In this document: positions 14,389 to 26,527 of the stretch, one piece after another | How the letters are laid out: every line of letters begins with the position of its first letter | How positions within the stretch are numbered: position 1 is the first letter of the stretch | Origin: Octopus vulgaris | Lineage: Eukaryota | Length of the DNA stretch: 64,000 bases | Direction: 5' to 3' | NCBI GenBank assembly: GCA_951406725.2 | Contig: OX597820.1 | Location: 61,256,001 to 61,320,000 of the forward strand | Program-made: the position numbers and the translations under genes | The notes under the pieces: generated by a model | Told to the model about the DNA's origin: nothing | The model's input: the letters and a program-made list of their open reading frames with translations, nothing else | Database searches by the model: none

Positions 14389-14829
14389 TATATAAAGAAG
14401 AACAAGCATAAAAAAACAACAACGTGAGGACGCGGTACATGTAAAGTATTAGCAAATGCTCAGGGAAGGAAAGAAAGATGGTTTAAAGTTACGAACAACG
14501 CTCTTCTTCAGAAACAGAGGAAAGTCCAGTAGAAAGGAAGACGGAGGAAGAAAATCGCCAACGATTCACACGTGGTATACATATATATATATGTATATAT
14601 ATATATATATCAGAGCACCAAAATCTTTTTTAAGTGCTTCGAGCCTCGGTGGATCTTAATACGGTCCTGCACTGACCGACTCCAATTCTTCACTGGTACT
14701 TAATTTTTCTGTATGAATTGTAATCATTTGAAGAAATTTTCTAAAAATGAATATCGTATTTGACAGCACAAAAGATTCGTGGGTATATTAGATGCACCTC
14801 AGTTTCAGCAAGACATATACACGTGAAGA

Positions 14830-15252
14830 GGATCTTTTCGGTTTGAACGGCAGTTTTTAACATAATTTATAAGTAACTAAAAAATTCTAAACTTCGAATA
14901 CTGGTAGAATGTGCTTATAAAACATCTTTTTCTTTTGGCTTTATTGAGAAAATTCTATGGTTTGTAAGATATTTGTTGTTGTTTTTTTCTTCAATTTCTG
15001 CAATTTCAGCCAATCACTGACGTCTATTGAGGTAAAAAAAAACATTCTGTGCCGTATGAATATGTCCCTCGTTTAAGAAACAGATTGGGTTTATTTACAT
15101 TTGTGAAGAAAAAAAGATACTCGTCCCCCCACCCCTAACCCTAACCCTAAAACAGATTGAAATGCAATAGATCAATACTAGGGTCATAATTATGGGTGAT
15201 AATTTCACATGAAACTGCTAAAAAAAAACTGCCGTTCAAACCGAAAAGATCC
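14830..15252 (-). mobile_element. MITE family T copy 3
   Basis: Same TIRs; CCCTAA repeats near 15133; degenerate TSD CGTGAAGA/GGTGAAAA. Confidence 0.9.
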
Positions 15253-15829
15253 GGTGAAAAACACTTTAGTGCATTAAAGTTAATGGGAGATATAACTTTA
15301 GATAAAGGACCTTGTGTGATTCTTTTAAAGACTTTCTTTGGGGAGCGGGGAACGCTTCTTATATGCCATCAAATACGATAAGTCCAAGGAAGATGTTGTG
15401 CTTCTTACTCTGGAAATCTGTTCACATTGAAAGCAAAACACACAAAAAAGAAGAAATAATAAATAAAGGAACTGAAATATAACAAAGCCAAAGTAAAATA
15501 AAATAAAACAAAATTCAATCGACTGTTCTCTAAAAAGATATTTTTTTGTTTTGACCTTTATGTCCTTGATCCCTTTGTTTCCTGTGATTCTTTCCTTTTA
15601 ATATAGTAACTGAAAATGGAGAAAAAGTAATTTCTTTGTTATTTTTTTTTACTAATTTTTACATCGTTTTTCAAAGACCAGTGGTGAATGGAACTCATAC
15701 CTAAACTCGTTTCGGAAACAACTGGAACCGGTCAAAGGGAGGTAACACTATCTCACCCAAAAAAGATCGTCTGAATTTATTAAAAAAAAAAAGAAATTTA
15801 ATTTTTTTAAACAAGTTCAGATACTATTA

Positions 15830-15863
15830 AGAGATTTCTTAGTTAGGACACTACGCTAGTCCT

Positions 15864-15907
<44 letters not shown>

Positions 15908-15941
15908 AGGACTAGCGTAGTGTCCTAACTAAAAAATCTCT
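15830..15941. repeat. Near-perfect palindrome of about 110 bp centred on (AT)n
   Basis: agagatttcttagttaggacactacgctagtcctcttatatg(ta)n catataagaggactagcgtagtgtcctaactaaaaaatctct. Confidence 0.92.
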
Positions 15942-16027
15942 AAAATTTCTTCTTTTTTTTTTTATGAATTTACGGATTTTTTCTCTTACGAGGTTTTTCA
16001 CGCTGACTACTGATAATTTCTTTTAAA

Positions 16028-16044
16028 GATTTTATCCTCAATTG

Positions 16045-16125
<81 letters not shown>
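16028..16125. repeat. (TA)n microsatellite (others at about 241, 7818, 14322, 16580 and 17050)
   Basis: Direct inspection. Confidence 0.95.
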
Positions 16126-16127
<2 letters not shown>

Positions 16128-16555
16128 AGACAGACAGGAAGAGAACATAAAAGCATAAATTTCATTTATAGATCATGCTTTGTTCTTCTCTGCTCAACAG
16201 GAATTTCATTGAGATGAACTTTATTAAGATGTGTGATTACATATCTGTGATACATAGTTAATTTAAAAGCTGCGTTTACCCAGATCATCAGGAATGTTGT
16301 ATTTTGTTCATCAGAAATACGTTAGCGATTTAAACATTTTGCTCTTAAAGATCATTTTAGACGATTATGTATATCCATGCAAGTCAGTCCCATTCGGGTT
16401 TACTACAATGTAATAAACAAGAGTTTAACGGCGTGTTGTTAATCGAGTTCTATGTTTATACATCAATTCTCGCTTTCCTCTCTCTTTCCTTCTCACTCCT
16501 ATATATGCGTGTGTATGTTTGGTTATAGATGTGTGTGTGTACATACATACATACA

Positions 16556-16685
<130 letters not shown>

Positions 16686-16692
16686 TATATAT

Positions 16693-17048
16693 ACGCGCAG
16701 GAGTGGCTGTGTGGTAAGTAGCTTGTTTACCAACCACATGGTTCTAGGTTCAGTCCCACTGTGTGGCATCTTGGGCAAGTGTCTTCTACTATAGCCTCGG
16801 GCCGACCAAAGCCTTGTGAGTGGATTTGGTAGACGGAAATTGAAAGAAGCCCGTCGTATATATGTATATATATATATATGCGTGTGTGTATTTATGTCCC
16901 CGTTACTTAGCGGTTCGGCAAAAGAAACCGATAGGATAAGTACTGGGCTTACAAAAGAATAAGTCCCGGGGTCGAGTTGCTCGATTAAAGGCGGTGCTCC
17001 AGCATGGCCGCACTCAAATGACTGAAACAAGTAAAAGAGTAAAAGAGA
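16693..17048 (+). mobile_element. tRNA-derived SINE family A
   Basis: Head with A box TGGCTGTGTGG and B box GGTTCAGTCCC, internal (TA/TG)n, AAAGAGT tail; many copies in the window. Confidence 0.88.
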
Positions 17049-17106
17049 GTATACATATATATACATATATATGCATATATATACATATATATACATATAT
17101 ATATAC

Positions 17107-17189
<83 letters not shown>

Positions 17190-17249
17190 CAAATCAAAAT
17201 GAAAACAAAAGCATGAAAAGTCAAAAGAACGTACAGTCAATATACTAGA

Positions 17250-17650
17250 TTGGCACTCAGAGAATGTTTCAAATGGAAAAAAAGATGGAGTAAACGTTTC
17301 GAACGTGGCTCGTCGTCAGAGAGAGGAAAGAGGGAAAAAATCCGGTGGGAAGGAGAAGAGTAGTCCAAGAAAGCATCTCAGAGAGGCGCAACGGTACGTC
17401 TTTGTCCAACTTCATATAGCATTTAAAAGAGAGAACGACATACAGCGTTAACAGGATGCTCCTGGAACAGCCTAGATCATATCTCAACGAGAGCAGACGA
17501 TTCCAACTTTGCTCAGCTGAGAGAGCAAGGATCCTAAAAAAAATTCACTGAACCCAGAAGCCTTCTTAAATTCCACAAGTGAAATGTTTAGCCGATGCTC
17601 CCATGAGAGAAAGATTCATGTTGAAGATATAGAATTCCTCCACTTGCTGA
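17250..17650 (-). mobile_element. Degenerate Penelope-like element 3' fragment
   Basis: Shares its downstream segment with 14390-14575 and has a CTGACGA...GAAACGTT hammerhead relic. The family assignment is inference. Confidence 0.4.
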
Positions 17651-17956
17651 CCAGTGAATGGAAATCGTACATAAACTCTTTTCGGGAACAACGGGAATCG
17701 GTCAAAGGGAGATAACACCATCTAACTCAGAAAGGGTTTTACCTTGAAGAATTTCATTTCAGGTTTTTATTTTTATTTTCATTTTTTTTTTTTTTTTCAC
17801 AACCTTGCTAACCAAGACTGTATTCTTACCTCCATTAGTAAATAGGTTATGTGTCTCCGGCCAGCAGATCTGATGAGTCGCTTATATTACTTAGTACAAC
17901 AATAGACGTGAAACCAATGATAACATTCTAGCCGGCCATAACCAATGACTACTTTA

Positions 17957-17958
<2 letters not shown>

Positions 17959-18004
<46 letters not shown>

Positions 18005-18197
18005 CGTGTATGTGTGTGTGCGTGCGTGTATGTGTGCGTGCGTGTTTGTGTGCGCGTGTTTATGTGTGAGAATGCGTGTGTGCGCGTGTTTGTGTGTGTG
18101 CGTGCGTGTTTGTGTTCCTGTTTATGTGTGAGTGTGCGCATGTGTGCGCGTGTGCATACGCATGTGTGTGTGTGTGTGTGTGTGTGTGCATGTGTGT
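17959..18197. repeat. Degenerate (TG/CG)n alternating purine-pyrimidine tract
   Basis: Direct inspection. Confidence 0.9.
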
Positions 18198-18328
18198 AAA
18201 AGTAAATGATTGATAAAGCTTCAAGAATTATGTAATCAACTTCATGAGCTTACATCTGTTTCTGCTGTAAGATACAGTGCACTCACAACTGAGTGTCTAT
18301 GTCCCACTTTCTATTAAGTCATTTTAGA

Positions 18329-18409
18329 AGCTCTGACGAAGCTATAAGGTGATGCGCAGTCACTCAACTCTGAAAGCACCGCATATTATAGCAGAAACAC
18401 CAGTAAGCT
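18329..18409 (+). ncRNA. Candidate type I hammerhead ribozyme
   Basis: Stem I AGCT/AGCT; CTGACGA at 18333-9; stem II GCTATAA/TTATAGC extended by ATGCG/CGCAT; GAAA at 18394-7; stem III AC-(ACCA)-GT; cleavage triplet GUA at 18403-5. A.A mismatch at the base of stem II. Confidence 0.6.
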
Positions 18410-19019
18410 AATGAAGCTGGTTGCATAATTCCTGTACCTTTGTCGTTTATTTAATTTCAAATGACGCTTTGTACTCGCTTACCACTTATTCTGAAGCATA
18501 TCTATATGGAGTTCTAATATCAGTGTCATTAGTATTGTTATGCTTAAGCGAAATCACAAAATGTATGTATGTATGCATGTATCTACTGGATGTCTGTCTT
18601 TCTATCTGTCTATCTATCTATATAATCTACAAAGTTTTCCTCTATTTGTAAACATGGATAATTTTAACAAAGACATGTTTTCAATATACAAGCGGTAACG
18701 TAAACGACGAGGAAGAAATTAAAGAAGAAAAATAAAAGGGAATAAACAAATACTGGTTAGAACTAATATTTCTAATATTTGCACAATTTGTAATTATTGA
18801 GTAGTAAAATGTGTTTTAAACTCACTGAAGTACTTTATTCTTATTATTTAATGGTCCTTGAATTGAGTCTGCCAAAATTTAAAATCAGAACGTAAAGGGG
18901 ATTTCAAAACAGTAAAACGTTTAGTCAACTAATTATTCATTTTAACTGCGGAACTTGAAGTAGATAGGGTTTTAAAAAAAAAAACTTTGGTTAGAAAAAC
19001 TAGAAGCAATAACATTTTG

Positions 19020-19093
19020 GGATCTTTTCGGTTTAAAATTTTTTAGTTACCTAGAAATTATGTTAAAAACTGCCATTCAAACCGAAAAGATCC
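19020..19093 (+). mobile_element. MITE family T 74-bp deletion derivative
   Basis: Both termini retained; perfect TSD ACATTTTG. Confidence 0.85.
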
Positions 19094-19629
19094 ACATTTT
19101 GTCTCCCGATACTATCAGGTACATTTGGTCCATGTCCGAGGGATAGTAAAGACACCACTCAATTTTTCCATTGAAGGGAGACAACAATGTATTGGCTTAT
19201 ACTATTTAGCACAAAAGCATTACTATAGGAGTGGGTAAGTCGATTATATTCACTCCAATATTCAAATGGCACTTATTTTATCGACATCGAAAGCATAAAA
19301 GACAAAAATCCACCTCGGCGGAATTTGAACCCAGAACGTAAAAAACTGGAAGAAATGCCCCGCAGCTTTTTGTCTGACTCACTAGCTATTTTGCCAGCTC
19401 GCCGCCTTTGCTTGTACTATAATGGTAGATGTAATGCCACAGATATTTATAGTATTAGGAACATGAACGATGTATCCATGCGTTTCCCAATGTCATTAGC
19501 GATCTAAGTGAAATGAATAGCTTCTAATAAAAATAAAAGTTGAATTGCGGCCTGTGTAGTAGCTCTAACGCTGTATGTGTAATTAACAATGGTCCAAAAT
19601 GACTGATCGAGTATTTTATTATATATAAC

Positions 19630-19837
19630 TATTTCTTTACTACCCACAAGGGGCTAAACAAGGACAGACAAATGGTTTATATCGACCCCAGTGCGTAACT
19701 GGTACTTAATTTATCGACCCCGAAAGGATGAAAGCCAAAGTCGACCTCGGTGGAATTTGAACCCAGAACGTAAAGGCAGACGAAATACGGCTACGTATTT
19801 CGCCCGGCGTGCTAACGTTTCTGCCAGCTCGCCGCCT
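19630..19837 (-). mobile_element. SINE family B
   Basis: Same unit. Confidence 0.85.
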
Positions 19838-20749
19838 TTTATTATATATAACTCTGCTTTAACAGATTATAACTATTGATAAAGCTACTCAGCAGCTGCG
19901 GTCTGATAATGCACCTATCTCAAGTTAGCGTCAGAAGAAAGAACTAAAGAAACAAAGCATAGTTAAGGATGAAAGAGTAGGGAGACTAGTTAAAACGCAG
20001 TGTTGAACATCTTACATAAATCATAACTGCATTTATACAATATTCTTATATACCGCTACACTAAAAATGCGTAAAGCCATATTGTTCCTGTTGTGTGGTT
20101 CACTCCAGAAATGCAAATAACAATTAACGAATCAACTAATGAAGCACTGACACGTACAGTAATTAAGTTTATTTCCTTTGATCAGTAAATTCAAAAACAA
20201 AAGAATTGTAGAAAGTTTCGAATCCTGTTTAATTTCTCCCAACCGCTTGTTTTTTTAAAATGTCCATCTGGTTATTTTCAAAAAATGTTGTTTTAACTTT
20301 AAATACTTGTAACTTCTTTGTTATTAATCTCAAGGGGAAAAAATGCGATTTTCATCAGAATACAAGACTACATCAACACAAGGTTTTCTGAAAAAAAAAG
20401 TTGGTAAAATTTTGAAAAACGTGAAGTAGCTAGAAGAAATTTATCAAGATCTTAATTTTTATAATAGAATACAGTTCAATCAGAATAAATTATTTCCATA
20501 GTTTCTGAAAAAAAAGAAAAAAATAACGAGTCCAAGTTTCTTCCCACACAAAATCAACAAACTATGCAATCTCAGTTACGAAAACAATTAATCCGCACTA
20601 AATGCTGATTTTGTTTCGCTATTGTTCATTCTTTAAGCTTTTATATATATAATAAAATATTAATTTAATTAATATGTTATTAAATTTAGCTTAAATTATA
20701 TGAATATAATTAATCTTGATTTTACTTCAGATTTTTAACAATAATTTGT

Positions 20750-20796
20750 TGCTGTTTCTCTCACACGGCTTTCCCTTCCGGTGAGGTGTCATCAAG
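20750..20796 (+). promoter_or_regulatory. Probable UFM1 core promoter / short 5'UTR with ETS-like CTTCCGG motif
   Basis: Pyrimidine-rich ctttcccttccggtg immediately upstream of the AT|G exon. The TSS cannot be determined from sequence. Confidence 0.4.
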
Positions 20797-20798
20797 AT
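20797..20798 (+). CDS. UFM1: UFM1 exon 1 coding part (AT of the split ATG)
   Basis: TCAAGAT|GTAAGT strong donor; the G of the start codon comes from exon 2. Confidence 0.9.
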
Positions 20799-23700
20799 GT
20801 AAGTATGACATGTGTTCTGCTTTCTTCAGTTATATATATGTATTTATATAGCGCATCTTTATTAACCATGATCATTTTACTGTTATTTCCAGGTCGAAAG
20901 TCACGTTCAAAATTATCCTGACTTCGGATCCAAAACAGCCATACAAAGTGTAAGTATACTATATAATTTATATTTACTTGCCACACCTGTGGAACAATAT
21001 TTCCATTGATAATTCTTCGTATCAGAAGATACCGCATCGCCCCAAAGAAAAATCAAAACTTCTCAAACATCTGGTAAAGTATACGTTGTTATTATCATTA
21101 TTATTATTTATATATTATACATTTTAAAGTATGTGTTCCTCAGCTCCCGTCCCGAGATTTCTAGAATTATACCCCTGTCATATACTAACATATGGAATTT
21201 ATACCGTCTCTATATATAGTTGTGTATTCGTATTTTAAAGTATGTATTTATTGTTCTGAAATATGTATTATTGATACAATAATATTGAATAGTTTCATCA
21301 ACAACTTTTGATGGGAGTATTTTTTTTTTTTATGTTTACATAAGGAACGTCACTGTTCCGAAATGAAAATCGTCCGTATTTCAAGTTTTCTTTAGCTGTA
21401 TATTAAGCATATACAAGGTGATTCAAAAGTACCTTTAGCATTTTTCTTTTTGCTTTTATTTTAATTACATATATAACATGTACGTACATGATATATATAT
21501 AATACAAATCCAGAACAGAAGAAAACACAAACATCATCATCATCGTTTAACGTCCGCTTTCCATGCTAGCATGGGTTGGACGGTTCAACTGGGGTCTGGG
21601 AAACCCGAAGGCTGCACCAGGCCAGTCTGATCTGGCAGTGTTTCTACAGCTGGATGCCCTTCCTAACGGCAACCACTCCGTGAGTGTAGTGGGTGCTTTT
21701 TATGTGCCACCGACACAGGTGCCAGACGAGGCTGGCGAACGGCCACGCTCGGATGGTGCTTTTTACGTGCCACCGGCACGGAGGCCAGGCGAGGCTGGCA
21801 ATGGCCACAATCGGATGGTGTTTGTTTCGTGCCACCAGCACGGAGGCCAGTAGGAAAAAAAAAACAGTAATCCAACATCGAGTGCTTCAAATGTTTGCAC
21901 ACCACAAAGTTCAATGGAACCTACTGAAGCAAGCCCACACACTTGTGGCATTACCACGGGCGGCACCTGGGTACAGTGAGCTGCCTATGATGACAAGGAA
22001 TTAGCTGTTAGTGGCCATCCTCTCCAAATGTCTCAAATGCCACAGGCTGGAAGAAATGGTTCACTGACAAGTCCCAATATTTAGGGATCTTGTTCCGTTT
22101 GGCTCCAGATGCAGTGACCCTCCCATTTACCACAGCATCCAGGATGTGGAACAGACCAAAGGAATCACAGACAAGGCACCTACTTTTTACCCAAGGACAA
22201 AGCGTAAGACCATCTGGTTTCTTCCCATCACTTCTGGATAATCCCACTGGCTCCAGAACTAGGGCATATTAACCTGAGCTAGGGCCCACTTAATGATTAA
22301 GTTAAGCTCGGTGTGATGAGGGGGAAAAAAACCAGGATTTAGGTGGCAAGACATTTTTAAAACAACCTTTGTAATTTGATGTAAATAACGTTTCATTATA
22401 TCTGTGTGTGTGTGTATGTGTTAGAGAAATGTCATCAGCAAAAGTTGAAAGAATATCTATAGTTCTAATACAACAGCAACCCTGTTCAATTTTCCAAACA
22501 TACCTAGTTGGACCATCCCGGGAGGTTTGAATGGCAGGGCAGTGAACCAACTATTCTGAAATCTCTGAGCCATGGCCATCAAGATTTTATTCTCACCAGT
22601 AAGTGAGACAGGCAGATGAATATAAATTCCAAATATTTTCTAAATGAAGAATGTTCTACTTAACATAGATTAGATGGTTAGTGACTTTAAATAAGGGCTA
22701 CACCAACATAGATGAAAGTTAATTTGGAAAAGCATACCAGGAAGTTGAAAGAACTCACAGTTGGTCTTAGATACAGATATTAACTAACACTTATGACAGG
22801 AGGGAGGAGGAGAAAATACTTATAACATAGAGCAAAACTAGCCATTTTACAGACATTCTACTGGAGGCCACAGACCAGACATGTGGAAAGTGCAAGAACC
22901 CAGCCAAACGCAAAGTTTTATAGTGGGGGATCAATTCTGAAGTCAGTGCCATAACAGCAAATAAACAGGCTTGGAAAGACTGGAAGGAAGAAAGTGGTGG
23001 AGAAAAACGCTAAATAGTTAAAGAGAAAGCTGAATGCCAAGTACACACCACAAAGAGAGAGTTATAAAGGAATAAGTTTGCACATGTTTTGCATCAAGAG
23101 TATGAGAGGTGTGAGGTGTTGTAATTTGATGTGAATAACTTTTCATTATTTCTGTGTGTGTGTATGTGTTAGAGAAATGTCATCAGCAAAAGTTTAGGTT
23201 AAGGTTATGAAAGTTATAGAAAGGATTATTGTAAAATTGATAAGGTACATGGTTAGTCTGAATATGATACAGTTTGACTTTATCCCCATCACAAAAGTGG
23301 ATCCATTTCCCACAGTAATAATGTATTCTGCCTAGCATACAGTAATTTTTCCCGACCTTGCCTTGAGTCAGCAATCTCTTATTTTCTCAATAGCATGAAA
23401 AAAACATCTAGTAAAATAATAATAATGAAATTATTGTATACAGTGCTCAGGTGCACCACAACTTGTCAGAAAGTGCATATAAAGTACATGCAGTAATGTA
23501 AAAATGTCTGGAAAGCGAACAATGTATGAGTCAGATACATGCTTGTGTGTGTATGGAGGGGAGAAAATCAGGTGTAGTGTTGGCGAATCTCAGAAAGTAC
23601 ACTCCTTAAAGTGGTTGGTGAATTGAGCAAAAAAAAAATCTCTAGATTTGAAAGAACTCTGTCTTGCAGAAAGCAAGTAAACCTCTATAGTACTGATGCC

Positions 23701-26527
23701 ACAGAAAAGTGCATCCAGTATGCTCTGTGAAGTGGTTGGTGTCAGGAAACCAAGCCGAAATTGAGGCACTGAAGACATGTCTTCCAGCCGATTAGATTCT
23801 GTCAAATTAGCTCATGCTAACATGCAAAGGGACGTAAAACGATTATGATGATTATCTAATACATACAGAGTTTTAATCTTTTTTTTCTCTTCTTTTTTGA
23901 GATTTTTTTGTCTTATAACAAACTATTAATATTTCTATTTATTAAGGAAGTGAGCCAACAGAATCATTAGCATGCAATGCAAAATACTTAGAGGCATTTC
24001 ATCTATTTTTACATTTTGAGTTCAAATGCTGCCAAGGTGAACTTTGCCTGTTGTCCTTTTGAGGTCAATAAAATAAGTACCAGTTGAACACTGGTACAAT
24101 GTAATCAATTCACCCATCCCCTCAAAATTATTGGCCTTGTGCCAAAAAATTTGAGATCAATATTTCTATTTATTTTATATGCATTAAATCTTACCTCTGA
24201 ATCTGAAATCATTCTTGACAGCTAAATTTCTTCTTGATAAGGAAAAAGTTATCTTTTTTTGAATGAAAAGTTCTTTGAAATTCTCATCAACTCATCTTCA
24301 CTATAGCCAGCACTGCTTCAGAGTATTGTTTCAACTAAAATTATTGAACTCACCAAATAGTATATTTGTTTTCATTCCATCTTTTCAGATTAAGTGTTCC
24401 AGAAAAAGCACCTTTTACTGCTGTTTTGAAGTTTGCTGCAGAGGAAGTAAGTACATTGTCTTTTAGAGTGTTTTTTTAACGTTCTTCCTTTAATTTCAAA
24501 CATAATTTTAGAAATTTGTTGTTGTCTTAGAGCAACTCTGATGCAGCAGACTTATGACTGAAAACAATTCAGTCATGATCACCCTGTCATTTTGGTGTAT
24601 GCTTAGTACTTTATTACCTGTTGTAGTCTTTCCTTTTAAGATGAAATTGTTCCAGCTGAAGGAAATTTTGGCTACAATTTCTAGCAAGTCAAACAACAAC
24701 GTTAGGTTCCCTAATTGGTTTGTCACAAATATGTTATTTACTGCTGCATGCTCGTAAAAAAAAAAAAAGAAGAAAATGATGACTTCACCAGTGCCAGTGC
24801 TATATAAAAAAAGCACGGTACACTCTAAATTTACTAGGAAGGGCATACAACCATAGAAACCATGCTAAAGTAGACATTGAAACTTGACAATTCTCCAGTT
24901 CATTGAATCCTGTTAAATTGATCAGTTCATGCCATCACAGAAGACAGATGCTAATGATGCTGATAACTTACAACATTTAAAAACCAATGGTTAGCAAAAG
25001 TTTCTTAATTGGGCATATGCCTAAGAAGTTTGCTTTGTAGTATTTGGTTTTGTGTTGAAGCACATCATCATCATCATCATCGTTTAACGTCCGTTTTCCG
25101 CGCTAGCACGGGTTGGACAGTTCGACCGGGGTCTGGGAAGCCAGGGGCTGCACCAGGCTCCAGTCTGACCTGGCAGAGTTTCTACAGCTGGATGCCCTTC
25201 CTAACGCCAACCACTCCGCGAGTGTAGTGGGTGCTTTTTACGTGCCACACTTTGTGCAAATCTTTTACCATAACTTCAGGTCAACCCAAACTTCATGGGT
25301 AAAATTGAATGAATAGGAACTGTGAAAGTCTGTCATAAAGACTTTAATAAGTCTTTTCTCCATTCTTGGAAACCTTACAAAGATCTTTAACATACTATCT
25401 AAGCTATAAAAAATGCTGTAGTTCTAACTTTTTTTTCTACTTATGTGAATCAGAATCATTGGCAAAAAAACAATGCTTGCTTCTCACTTTGCTGTTTTGT
25501 TTTCACCATATATTTCTATAAATGTTTATTTTCTTAAAAATACAAAAGAATTGTCTTCAAAGTTTAGATTATATTTTTCATATCTTAAATTTTAGTTCAA
25601 AGTTCCTGCTGACACAAGTGCCTTGATAACAATGGATGGAATTGGCATAAACCCAGCTCAGACTGCATGTGAGTAGTTGCTATTATAGCTTCTTAAACAA
25701 GATTAATATTAAAAGATCTGTTGAAAGATAGTGAATATAACATTAGAAGTTATGTTAACAGGAGACCCTAAAATCTGCTTAGGCCAGTATGTATGTTTCT
25801 TAAACCGTGAGCTGTTTATAGAAACAATCATTTCTAGCTATATTATGGAAACTATTTCTGTTTAGCTTGTCTGAAATGTGATGTACAAAAACATCTATTC
25901 ATAGTTATCTCTGGTTCATTTCTTAACCTTCATATCTTCATCTGTTCTATTTCTTTCATTACAAGTACTAAAAAAAATCTCTCACAAGTTTTGAGAGAAG
26001 TAAATAAATTAACTTTAAAATTTTGGTGTAAATTATTTCAATCTCTTAAATAATTATTAAGCAAACAGTTTACACTGTTGTGTCTGGGGAGAGTCATTTT
26101 CTTTTTGTGCCTTATAATTTAACACTCAGCGGTAAAATTTCCACTTATTTCTTATTTTTATTTTCCTAAAATTTTCGTTGCATCTTGCAACCTTTTCTAT
26201 AGTCTTGACTCTCATTTTTGAAAATGAGGAATTTAGTAAAATAACATTATCATTATTATACTGGTATCTTGAACTAACAAGTAATTTTAATGAAAGGTTT
26301 TAATTTAGATTACTTGAGGATAGTTTAAAGTGAATGAACCACACTTGTGATGCATGAGTAAATTCAAGATAATCCATTAAGGGATTAACTAACATAACAA
26401 GAAAACTGTATTCCTTTCTTCTTCTTTTTCAGCTAATGTATTCATTAAACATGGCACAGAACTTCGATTAATTCCACGTGACCGAGTAGGACTTCTACAA
26501 AGACACTGTACATCAGAATTATCTTAA
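20797..26527 (+). CDS. UFM1: Ubiquitin-fold modifier 1, complete 5-exon CDS: join(20797..20798,20893..20949,24389..24446,25596..25668,26433..26527), 94 aa
   Basis: Manual splicing gives [94 protein letters not shown], collinear with the known UFM1 sequence (MSKVSFKITLTSDPRLPYKV...IPRDRVG). All introns are GT-AG, phases are consistent, total 285 nt. Confidence 0.97.
20893..20949 (+). CDS. UFM1: UFM1 exon 2 ([19 protein letters not shown])
   Basis: tttccag|G TCG AAA ... AAA GT|gtaagt. Confidence 0.97.
21532..21850 (-). mobile_element. RTE-tailed repeat family D with internal ~50-bp tandem units
   Basis: (GAT)n tail and repeated GGTGCTTTTTACGTGCCACC units; other copies at 25063-25250, 29745-30057, 40400-40663 and 48915-49120. 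Confidence 0.8.
21900..22300 (-). mobile_element. Degenerate RLE-type non-LTR retrotransposon fragment (CRE-like)
   Basis: LEPVGLSRSDGKKPDGLTLCPW..RCLVCD..FQPVAFETFG matches the restriction-like endonuclease (R/K)PD motif region. Confidence 0.7.
22640..23115 (+). mobile_element. Degenerate RTE ORF fragment
   Basis: AITANKQAWKDWKE..VKEKA..QV resembles the RTE linker region; stop codons present. Confidence 0.55.
23415..23600 (-). mobile_element. CR1-like LINE 3'UTR fragment (same family as 45089-45610)
   Basis: Reverse complement of about 45440-45608, including the tail. Confidence 0.85.
24389..24446 (+). CDS. UFM1: UFM1 exon 3 ([19 protein letters not shown])
   Basis: ttttcag|A TTA AGT ... 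GAG GAA|gtaagt. Confidence 0.97.
25596..25668 (+). CDS. UFM1: UFM1 exon 4 ([24 protein letters not shown])
   Basis: ttttag|TTC AAA ... GCA T|gtgagt. Confidence 0.96.
26078..26213 (-). mobile_element. Single-arm copy of the 3240-3526 repeat inside UFM1 intron 4
   Basis: Direct similarity to 3242-3385. Confidence 0.75.
26433..26527 (+). CDS. UFM1: UFM1 exon 5 ([31 protein letters not shown])
   Basis: Long polypyrimidine tract then cag|CT AAT GTA ... CGA GTA GGA ... TCT TAA. Confidence 0.96.

Noticed and set aside
21670-21850. Regularly spaced GGTGCTTTTTACGTGCCACC units resembling a CRISPR array
   Set aside because: The spacers are mutually similar and degenerate, the context is eukaryotic, there are no cas genes, and the units are internal tandem repeats of a retroposon.
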